Source: a bacterium
Lineage (GTDB): Bacteria; UBA10199; 2-02-FULL-50-16; JAJFLM01
Direction of reading: 5' to 3'
NCBI GenBank assembly: GCA_965216315.1
Contig: CBDCFN010000016.1
Location: forward strand, 576,001 to 640,000
DNA: 64,000 nucleotides
Shown here in pieces: positions 27,488 to 35,697 of this stretch. Below the pieces are notes generated by a model. It was not told where the DNA came from and searched no databases. It was given only the letters and a program-made list of their open reading frames with translations. The position numbers and the translations under genes are program-made. How positions within the stretch are numbered: position 1 is the stretch's first letter; the number at the start of each line of letters is the position of its first letter.

Positions 27488-28639
27488 ATGAATACTCCAA
27501 GTGCCTACCATTCCTATTTTAATCAGGCTCATGATGTTGTCCGCAAGCGTGTGCGTAACTTCATTGATAGTGAGGTGAAACCCTATATCGATGAATGGGA
27601 AGAGAATGAGCAGATTCCTAGAGAACTCCATTATCGTGCAGCTGAGCTAGGAATATTGGGGATAGGTTTCCCTGATTCATGTGGCGGGCTCTCGGGGGAT
27701 GTATTTTTTCAAGTTGCGGCAAATGAAGAGATAGCACGTGCTGGATCATGTGGGTTGTCTGCCAGCCTAGCTTCTCATGCGTTGGCATTACCTCCTATAG
27801 TTAGGGATGGAACAGATGAACAGAAAGAAAAATTTGTGAAACCAGTTTTATTGGGAAAGAAAATAGCTGCAGTCGCGATTTCAGAGACTGAACGAGGCTC
27901 AGATGTTGCAAACATAACGACGACCGCTGTGCGTGATGGAGATTTCTATATCGTTAACGGGAAGAAAGATTTCGTTACTTGTGGAGGACGTGCAGACCAA
28001 ATAACTTGTGCAGTTCGGACTGGAGGTGAAGGTGCTCATGGAATCAGTCTTTTAGTTATCGAAGCTGGCACTCCTGGATATTCTGTGAAGCGGGGACGCA
28101 AATTCATGGGTTGGTGGTCTGCTGAAATTGTAGAAATCGAACTGAAAGACTGTCGTGTTCCCATCTCCAATCGAATCGGGAATGAAAATGAAGGCTTTTA
28201 TAGTATTATGGCTAATTTCCAGATGGAAAGACTCCACTTGTCAGTCATTGCTAATACAAGTTCTCAGGTAGCCTATGAGGAAGCTATGGCATACTCAAAG
28301 GAGCGAGAAGTCTTTGGCAAGGAGATATTTAATTATCAGGTTACGCAGCACAAACTCGTGGATATGCTAACTCTATTGGAAGCAACTAAGGCGTTTACTT
28401 ATCAAGTTGCTGCTAAAATTGGAGCGGGAATAGATCAGACGAAAGAAATAGCAATGGTTAAAAACTTTGCTTGTGACGCTAGTAATAAGATTATCTATGA
28501 TGCTGTTCAGCTTTTCGGAGGTAAAGGTTATGTGCGTGGATACGTAGTCGAGAGACTCTTTCGTGATAATCGTGCGCTTGCGATTGGAGGCGGGACGTCA
28601 GAGATCATGAAGGAGATCGTTGCTAAGTTCATGCTTTAA
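27488..28639 (+). CDS. Acyl-CoA/acyl-ACP dehydrogenase
   Basis: AISETERGSD, NGKKDFVT, FQMERL, QLFGGKGY and IGGGTSEIM. Confidence 0.92.
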   Translation: MNTPSAYHSYFNQAHDVVRKRVRNFIDSEVKPYIDEWEENEQIPRELHYRAAELGILGIGFPDSCGGLSGDVFFQVAANEEIARAGSCGLSASLASHALALPPIVRDGTDEQKEKFVKPVLLGKKIAAVAISETERGSDVANITTTAVRDGDFYIVNGKKDFVTCGGRADQITCAVRTGGEGAHGISLLVIEAGTPGYSVKRGRKFMGWWSAEIVEIELKDCRVPISNRIGNENEGFYSIMANFQMERLHLSVIANTSSQVAYEEAMAYSKEREVFGKEIFNYQVTQHKLVDMLTLLEATKAFTYQVAAKIGAGIDQTKEIAMVKNFACDASNKIIYDAVQLFGGKGYVRGYVVERLFRDNRALAIGGGTSEIMKEIVAKFML

Positions 28640-31097
28640 CTCCGCTTTTTTTGTATTGAACCAGCAAGTACTGTTCACCATTTACTTCTATGCGTTCTGC
28701 TTTAAGGTCCATAAGGACGGGACCTGACTTGCCTATCATTTCGATGTTTTTCCATTCTCCCGTACCTAATCGGATGGTACTTTGCACCATTGCCGGTATG
28801 CGTGTTAAGTCGGCTTTTCCAATTAAACCTTGAATGTTGAGGGCCTCTACTTCGGAACGAGTATAGCCGAGGAAAGTCTTAAATTTAGTGCTGTTGAGGA
28901 TGGGCAAAATGAGACCGCTCTCGCTATTAATGACTTTGTATAGCGTTACAATCAGATCTAAATTGTCGAGGACAATTTTGTTGGCCTCGAGTCGCTTCAG
29001 GGCTTTGGCGCGTTCGTCCGCTCTAATAAGCGAAAACCAACCCCAGTCTTTTGCTGTCGTTCCAATGGTGGCAGCATGAAGGTCGTAATGAACATAGCCA
29101 TCGGTTTTTTTTAATCGTATCAGTTCCAAACGGCCACTACCGGTCGTGGCGACAGTATCGAGAAATTCTTTTAAGGAGCTTAAGTCATCCGGGTGACAGC
29201 GTTGCTTCAGGACAGTCGATGAAATCTCTTGTCCTAGGAGATCCTTTCCGGCCTGGCTGATTGCCCGTAAGCGGAATCCAGCATGGTTGCTCCATAAGCC
29301 GACGGGCTCTGTCCACTGCCCCCAGACAATATCCGCCACGCTATCGATCAGCGGCGAGTCGAAGCTCAGTTGGGATACCCAGCGCGATTCAAGCTCCTCA
29401 ATTTTTCGGAGTATTCGCTTCCGGTTAGCGCGTATCAGTTGGCCTTCATTGGAAGGAGCCGGAAAACGATCACGCGCGCGTTTATATTCATCGATAGCAT
29501 CTTTAAGTTGACCATTCTTTTCTAAGCTTTGAGCGCGCCAAGTCAGCAGTTCGTAGAGCATCGTCCCTGCATTTTTATATCGGTCTTCAGGGTTACGGGA
29601 AAGCGCTGTTAAGATAATACCTTGAATTTCGATTGGTATGTCTCGTGTAGGACTGACGTGTCGTAGTGGCCTTGCTTCATTTCGGAGCTTCTTCATAAGC
29701 TGATCAACGCAGAGTGCATTCCCTTTCTTGCTATTTGGACTGTTGAATGGCAGCACGTCGGTAAAGAGCTGGTATAGTGTTACGCCTAATGCATAAACAT
29801 CGCGTGTGTAAGATTCTTTTCTTTCATGTGTAAATGCTTCGGGCGGCATGAAATGAGGTGTTCCTGCTGCATCACAATCCTCATCTTCCTGGCAGGCGAG
29901 GCCGAAATCGCCAAGACGCGCTTTCCCGCGATAGAGAAATAGATTTTCAGGTTTAATGTCACGATGAATAATTTTTTGATCATGCGCGACCAGTGCAGCC
30001 GTTACGACTTGTTCGGAGATAGTAAGTCTTTCATTTAGGTCGTAGTCGTGTGAAATAGCCCATTCGTATAAGTTTGAGTCTAATATTTCCATCACAATGA
30101 AAGGTGCGCCTTTGGTCGTGAGACCACGTTCGTATACTGTTACTATGCTGTGCTCTTGGATGCGTGCCTGGAGTTCGGCTTCGCGTGCCATGCATTCAGT
30201 GAGTTTTGCGGCATAGACAGCGTCTAAGTTTTCGATGCTTAATGCCTTGATTGCAACTTCACGTCGCAGCATGCGATCATAGGCTCTATACACAGTTGCC
30301 TGAGCTCCTTCGCCCAGAACCTGTTGGAGCAGATAAGGAGAATTAAACCGCCCCTCTATTGCCAATGTTCGAGGCAATGTATTCGCTGCAGTAGATATGA
30401 CTTTTTTGCGCGAAGCGCCTGGGCCAAAACGGACTGATGGAATGATGGTTACTGGAGTCACGTGGATTTCACCGGTTTCTCCGATGACGCGACGAAACGG
30501 AATGACCCTATCCGTGCTGTCAAGCTGTTGATCGGCTGGTGAGCGGATTAAACCTGTTTCCATTAAAAAATTTTCTAATGATTCGAACGTGGGCGGGAGT
30601 ATACCGTCGTTTATTAGATCATCTATCAGTTCTATTCCGCTAATAGTGGTTTTATCTTGTAATCGCTCAATTTTTTCTAAGAGCGTATCAATGATAAGTC
30701 GCGCAGGTGCATTTAGGTGATTGCTCCAGAGGCTTAGCCGATAATTTTCTAATAGAGCCTGTGCCGTTTGACGGCTTAGTACGCTATCTAAAGATGCCGC
30801 GGTGAGCGCACGTATGGCATAACGGACTTGATCCGTTGCATGAAGCCGTTCCCTGAATAGCGGAATAACTGCAGGCAATAATAGTTTTGAGTTGCCAGCG
30901 AGATGTTGGAATTCGCTGGATGTCTTGCTGAACGGTCGACCGTCTTTATTGTAGGCCAGGCCGTAGAAGTGTTGATCTGCTGCAGATTGGGGGAAATTTG
31001 TCGTGCCTTCAAGAGATTGTAAGGCGATGGCTTGGCCATGCAGAAAACCAGTGAGGGATACTGGAGCCGTAGATGATAGGATTCCTAGTGTAACCAT
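28629..31097 (-). CDS. Hanks-type Ser/Thr protein kinase with C-terminal PAS-like domains
   Basis: LGEGAQATVY, VAIK, HRDIKPEN, DFGLA, GTPHFMPPE and DVYALG; C-terminal CHPDD and FLGYTRSEV PAS-like segments. Confidence 0.88.
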   Translation of the reverse strand: MVTLGILSSTAPVSLTGFLHGQAIALQSLEGTTNFPQSAADQHFYGLAYNKDGRPFSKTSSEFQHLAGNSKLLLPAVIPLFRERLHATDQVRYAIRALTAASLDSVLSRQTAQALLENYRLSLWSNHLNAPARLIIDTLLEKIERLQDKTTISGIELIDDLINDGILPPTFESLENFLMETGLIRSPADQQLDSTDRVIPFRRVIGETGEIHVTPVTIIPSVRFGPGASRKKVISTAANTLPRTLAIEGRFNSPYLLQQVLGEGAQATVYRAYDRMLRREVAIKALSIENLDAVYAAKLTECMAREAELQARIQEHSIVTVYERGLTTKGAPFIVMEILDSNLYEWAISHDYDLNERLTISEQVVTAALVAHDQKIIHRDIKPENLFLYRGKARLGDFGLACQEDEDCDAAGTPHFMPPEAFTHERKESYTRDVYALGVTLYQLFTDVLPFNSPNSKKGNALCVDQLMKKLRNEARPLRHVSPTRDIPIEIQGIILTALSRNPEDRYKNAGTMLYELLTWRAQSLEKNGQLKDAIDEYKRARDRFPAPSNEGQLIRANRKRILRKIEELESRWVSQLSFDSPLIDSVADIVWGQWTEPVGLWSNHAGFRLRAISQAGKDLLGQEISSTVLKQRCHPDDLSSLKEFLDTVATTGSGRLELIRLKKTDGYVHYDLHAATIGTTAKDWGWFSLIRADERAKALKRLEANKIVLDNLDLIVTLYKVINSESGLILPILNSTKFKTFLGYTRSEVEALNIQGLIGKADLTRIPAMVQSTIRLGTGEWKNIEMIGKSGPVLMDLKAERIEVNGEQYLLVQYKKSGVKA

Positions 31098-31188
31098 GAC
31101 AATGGGGCCAGTTTGCGCATTTTGTCGCCGATTGATGGAATGAGTTGTGCTTTAGTTAAGCTCATTGAAGAAAAAGTGTTTACACGAG

Positions 31189-31932
31189 TTAATGTTTATA
31201 TTGCCAAAATTTTAAGCAGGTCACTTCATGTTGTGCGGCGATAGCGGCGATGGTTCCGGGGTCAGGCTGGAAGGAATGGAGACTCCAAGGGATTTGGTTT
31301 AGCTTAGTTGATTGGAACTCGATACGGCATTGCTGTTCACTGGGGTGACCGGAAACGGAGAATTCCTGAAGCTTCGGTTTTCCGCTCAGTCCACCACCAC
31401 ATGCCTTGAGTACGGCTTCTTTGCGGGTCCAGAGACTCAAAAAGGTGGCATGCTTGAGCTGATCGGAGGCTTCGGCATATTCGGCATACTCTGTTGCAGT
31501 GAAATTGCGGCGGGCGATCATGTTGTCTTCGTTCCTTCTTGAAAGGCACTCAACATCAACGCCTAGCGAGCGATCTCTTCCTATTGCGATTAATCCGATA
31601 CGTTGTGAATGTGACATGTTAAATTCATAACTGATGGACCCATAGGGTCGCTTCAACGCCGGTTTGTCAAACTCGCCGTAAGTAAACTCAAATTGGGTTG
31701 GAGAACAATTTGTATAGTATGATAAAATCAGGCGAAGTGCGTTATGTGCATTTGTATAGCGACGCTCTAATTCGGCCGTAGCAAATTTAGCTGCTTGTTC
31801 TTGTTCCTTAGGAGAAAGGAAGTTTTTTCCTGGTGATGAGTCAAGATCAATTTTCCAGATATGAATCGTATCAGAAGATTCTATAGTTAGTCTTTTAGGT
31901 GGTTCCAGCCACTGCGTGTTAACGTTTGTCAT
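31189..31932 (-). CDS. sfp: Sfp-type 4'-phosphopantetheinyl transferase
   Basis: KP, FNMSHS, LGVDVE and WTRKEAVLKACGGGL. Confidence 0.92.
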   Translation of the reverse strand: MTNVNTQWLEPPKRLTIESSDTIHIWKIDLDSSPGKNFLSPKEQEQAAKFATAELERRYTNAHNALRLILSYYTNCSPTQFEFTYGEFDKPALKRPYGSISYEFNMSHSQRIGLIAIGRDRSLGVDVECLSRRNEDNMIARRNFTATEYAEYAEASDQLKHATFLSLWTRKEAVLKACGGGLSGKPKLQEFSVSGHPSEQQCRIEFQSTKLNQIPWSLHSFQPDPGTIAAIAAQHEVTCLKFWQYKH

Positions 31933-32374
31933 GATTGATCTGGCGGTACGCCTCGTAGAGGGCGATTCCCACTGAAGTCGCTAAGTTTAAGCTCCTAACT
32001 GGGCCCCACATAGGGATCCGCACTAACCGATTCTCGTGATTAGCGTAGATTTTTTCATCGAGACCGCTACCCTCATTGCCGAATGTCAGTATGTCCGAGT
32101 CCTTGTAGCGAATATCCGCGTAGTCTTTTTTGCCTCTCGTGCTGAGAAACCACATTCGGGACCCTGGGTTTTGCTGCGCGATATCATCAAGAGAATCGAC
32201 GATTTCCAGCTCTAAATCGTCCCAATAGTCCAGGCCTGAGCGGCGGATCTCTTTGGAGTCGAGATGGAAACCCAAGGGACGAACCAGGTAAAGCGGGGTA
32301 TTGGTAGCGACGCAGAGTCGACCGATATTGCCGGTGTTTTGCGGGATTTCGGGTTGAAAAAGGGCGATCATCAT
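31919..32374 (-). CDS. trmL: tRNA (cytidine/uridine-34-2'-O)-methyltransferase
   Basis: PEIPQNTGNIGRLC, RRSGLDYW, FGNEGSGL and VRSLNLA. Confidence 0.93.
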   Translation of the reverse strand: MMIALFQPEIPQNTGNIGRLCVATNTPLYLVRPLGFHLDSKEIRRSGLDYWDDLELEIVDSLDDIAQQNPGSRMWFLSTRGKKDYADIRYKDSDILTFGNEGSGLDEKIYANHENRLVRIPMWGPVRSLNLATSVGIALYEAYRQINHDKR

Positions 32375-32508
32375 GGTTCTTCAGCAGTTGCAACAATCTA
32401 ACTATCTGTCAATTAAATCTACTATTTGCAGATATTTTTTTAAATGACATCGATGATGAATGAGTGCAAAATCTCAAGGTTAACTAGCTTATTGATGCGA
32501 GTTTCATA

Positions 32509-33981
32509 GTGAAAATAGGATTAATATTTCCCAGTAAAACTCCCACGAATGCGCATCGTCGTCCGATGAGTCAGTTTCAAAATCCCTTGGTGCGATGGCT
32601 TTTATCCTGGTCCAGTAGAAATGTATTGCCTTCGGGGATCAACCTAGTTGTTCCTGATGACGGTGGGATGGACATCATTCTTAGCCTTACCTACCCCCAC
32701 TTGGCAGCTCTTACGCCTCCAGGCCACGAGATCAAAATTATTAATGAGAATGTCCAGGAAATCGATTTTGAGGAGGACTTTGACCTTATTGGCATAACTG
32801 TATGGACCGCTTTTGCAAGGCGTGCCTACGAATTAGCGGCACATTATCGAAGCAAAGGGTCGAAGGTTGTCTTAGGAGGACCTCATGTAACTCTCTTGCC
32901 TGAGGAAGGGATTAGGTATGCCGATAGTGTCGTCATTGGTGAAGGTGAACTCACGTGGCCCCAGGCAGTCGATGATGCCCTGAAAGGCGAGCTAAAATCT
33001 TTTTATAGCCCCCCGCGCACGATTACGTTGTCCGATGATGAAGGGATCATACCGGCTTTTCCGAGAAGAGATTTAGTAGACAAATCATACTACGTTTTTC
33101 AGAATTTAGTGCTGACAGGCAGGGGATGCCCCTTTGATTGCCACTTTTGTTCCGTGACAACTATTTATGGCGCAAAATATCGACACCGCTCAGTGGAAAG
33201 TGTCATCAATGAAATTTCAAATTTAAAAGAGAAGTTCTTTATCTTTATTGATGACAATTTATTTGGGAATAGACCTCATGCAAAAGAGCTCTTTAAAGCG
33301 TTGACTCCCCTTAAGAAAATTTTTCGATGTGAAGCAACTATTAATATAGCACGCAATGAAGAAATGGTTTCTCTTCTTGCAGATGCCGGATGTCAGGTTG
33401 TTTCCGTGGGGGTAGAATCTCTTTCTTCTGAGAATATAACAGAAATGCATAAACTTCAAAATAATCCAGAGGAATATGGTAAAGCGATCAAGCTATTTCA
33501 TAAATATGGAATTGGGTTTTGGGCGGGGCTAATTATGGGCTTCGATGAAGATGATATCGGTGTTGGTGAGAGAATGATCAGTTTTTGCGTCGAAAATAAT
33601 GTGGATTTTCCAATGCTTAATATTCTCATACCGTATCCGACAACTAAATTATATTATCGCATCAAGCAAGAAGGTCGCCTGTTTCATGAGGATTGGAATA
33701 GATACACAGGCCGGTATGCAGTTTTTCAGCCGAAAAAAATGTCTCCGGAAGAACTCGAGCAGCTCTATGTGGATACAATGAGAAAACTCTATTCTGTACC
33801 CATTATACTGCGAAGGATTTCACATTGGGGAATTCTTACGAAAAAATGGTGGCGGTATCTAACGGTCAATATGGCCATTAAACATGAAATTGAGGCGATT
33901 TGTGACGCGAGGCAAGCGGAAATCGATGCCTCGAAGAAACAAGAAGTGACTCTAGATCGCCCCGTGTTCGAGCGCCCATGA
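32509..33981 (+). CDS. Cobalamin-binding radical SAM protein
   Basis: LAALTP..DLIGIT..VVLGGPHVT..VIGEGE B12-binding domain; RGCPFDCHFC (CxxxCxxC); FIDDN and GVES. Confidence 0.9.
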   Translation: MKIGLIFPSKTPTNAHRRPMSQFQNPLVRWLLSWSSRNVLPSGINLVVPDDGGMDIILSLTYPHLAALTPPGHEIKIINENVQEIDFEEDFDLIGITVWTAFARRAYELAAHYRSKGSKVVLGGPHVTLLPEEGIRYADSVVIGEGELTWPQAVDDALKGELKSFYSPPRTITLSDDEGIIPAFPRRDLVDKSYYVFQNLVLTGRGCPFDCHFCSVTTIYGAKYRHRSVESVINEISNLKEKFFIFIDDNLFGNRPHAKELFKALTPLKKIFRCEATINIARNEEMVSLLADAGCQVVSVGVESLSSENITEMHKLQNNPEEYGKAIKLFHKYGIGFWAGLIMGFDEDDIGVGERMISFCVENNVDFPMLNILIPYPTTKLYYRIKQEGRLFHEDWNRYTGRYAVFQPKKMSPEELEQLYVDTMRKLYSVPIILRRISHWGILTKKWWRYLTVNMAIKHEIEAICDARQAEIDASKKQEVTLDRPVFERP

Positions 33982-34023
33982 CCGTTTGACTTTCCGGTCG
34001 GCGCGGCCGATGATCCGGGTCCC

Positions 34024-35697
34024 ATGGGCACTCCATCCGTTCTGCATATCCTGCCAAACCCGGACCGCGAAGGGCGTTTTTGGGCCCGACAGCTGCTGAG
34101 CGGACCCAATGATCAGACGGCTTTTCTGGTGCGAGCCACGCAATATTCCCCCGTCATCATGTGGTTGTTGCGGGCTTGGGTGGAGGCATCGGGGAAGACC
34201 TCCTCTTATTGGGCCGGGAGTCTCTGGGATATTCCGGTGGTGAGGAAATACTTAAAAGAACTTAAACAGCAAAATCAGGTAGAAGTTCTCCAGGCCTTGG
34301 AAGCCCGGCAGCAGATCCCGTTGGATCTGTTTGATATCCAGACGTTTGAGCAACGGGATGCGGAAGCCCTGCGTTGTTTTCGCGAGTTGCTGGAGCCCTC
34401 CAAAGAGGTGATGTCGCTCGATTCATGGCGGGAACTTTGCGATGTGTGTCGAACCACACGTATTGAAGTTGGAACTTTGCCTTGGTCGGTGCCGGTCCTC
34501 AGTGAGTCGGACCAAGCTCCTACTGAAATCGAAACGGTCTGGATTCCACAGGCTCAGTGTAGTTCCAATGTCGGCTGGCCCGCATGGCTGGAAAATATCT
34601 CTTCAGTCTGTGCGACAGCCAGCAAAAAGAATGATCGCGGGATGATCTTGAGTCCTGATTATGCCCTTGCCAAGCGCAGCCAATGGCAGATACGTGAAGG
34701 CGATGAAGAAGGGCTCGGTGCGGATAACGAGCCAGAATCTCCGCAGCACCATTTTCAATTAAAAGGTGAGCCGCTGAAACGCTGGCAAGATCAGTTGCAG
34801 TCACACATTTTTTCGTCCACGGAGCTTGAGACCTACTTGCGTTCTCCTTATGCCTATTACTGTGAAAGGGTGTTGAAGTTGAACGGCGTAGAGGAAGAAG
34901 GTTGGGATCTCGAGGCTGCCGAATTAGGATTGTTGGCCCATGATGTCTTGGAGGATTTCTACAGTCAGAACGAAGGCCTTTTTGAGGATCATAAGTTCGA
35001 TATCAAGGCGAGCTTTGCTCAGTTGGATGGTTTGTTGGCTGATGCCGTAAAAGCGTTGCAGCAAGAGCGACCCGGACTTGAGAATATGCTTGTACAACGT
35101 CAGCAGCAGAGAGTTCAACGCGCACTCCACGCTGTCGTACTTAAAGACAGTGAAGATATCAGCTCCCAGCAAAGTCCGCTGTATCCAAAATATTTTGAAT
35201 GGAGTTTCGGCAAAGGAAATGTTCCGCCGTTGGAATTGCCTGGTGATATTCGCTTGCGTGGTACCGTTGATCGTATCGATGTCGATCCGGTTAAAAAAAC
35301 TTTTCTGATTATTGATTATAAGACTGGATCACGCGTGATTACAGGTGCTGATATTGAAAGAGGGGCGTCTCTTCAGCTGCCTCTCTATATCGAAGCTGTC
35401 CGTCAGATTTTGCTCCCGGATTATACGCCAATCGGGGCAATTTTCTTTTCGTTAGCTGATTTGAGCAAAAAGAATGGGATGTTGCGACTCGACTATGCGA
35501 GCGATTATTTTGAACTATCACTACGCAGCTCATCACTGATGACGCCGGAAAAGTGGCAAGATGTACAAACAAATGCCTTGGCGTGCACGCAAGAGACCGT
35601 GGAAGCCATTCGGCAAGGAATGTTCCCTCGTTGTGAGGAGATCTGCGTGGGCTACTGTCCCTATCAAGATATGTGTGGGTGTGGGGTGGCCCTTTAA
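34024..35697 (+). CDS. PD-(D/E)XK nuclease, short AddB/RexB-like subunit
   Basis: SSTELETYLRSPY, GLLAHDVLE, LRGTVDRID, IIDYKTG, LQLPLY and a C-terminal Cys cluster. Confidence 0.8.
   Translation: MGTPSVLHILPNPDREGRFWARQLLSGPNDQTAFLVRATQYSPVIMWLLRAWVEASGKTSSYWAGSLWDIPVVRKYLKELKQQNQVEVLQALEARQQIPLDLFDIQTFEQRDAEALRCFRELLEPSKEVMSLDSWRELCDVCRTTRIEVGTLPWSVPVLSESDQAPTEIETVWIPQAQCSSNVGWPAWLENISSVCATASKKNDRGMILSPDYALAKRSQWQIREGDEEGLGADNEPESPQHHFQLKGEPLKRWQDQLQSHIFSSTELETYLRSPYAYYCERVLKLNGVEEEGWDLEAAELGLLAHDVLEDFYSQNEGLFEDHKFDIKASFAQLDGLLADAVKALQQERPGLENMLVQRQQQRVQRALHAVVLKDSEDISSQQSPLYPKYFEWSFGKGNVPPLELPGDIRLRGTVDRIDVDPVKKTFLIIDYKTGSRVITGADIERGASLQLPLYIEAVRQILLPDYTPIGAIFFSLADLSKKNGMLRLDYASDYFELSLRSSSLMTPEKWQDVQTNALACTQETVEAIRQGMFPRCEEICVGYCPYQDMCGCGVAL

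Noticed and set aside
14066..31097. Idea that the WW domains read phospho-Ser/Thr-Pro made by the nearby kinase
   Set aside because: The WW protein is exported while the kinase appears cytoplasmic, so they are in different compartments
33979..34023. In-frame TGA followed about 12 nt later by a hairpin, resembling a selenocysteine/SECIS readthrough fusing the radical SAM and AddB-like ORFs
   Set aside because: The TGA is not at a catalytic Cys-like position, both proteins look complete alone, and the fusion makes no functional sense
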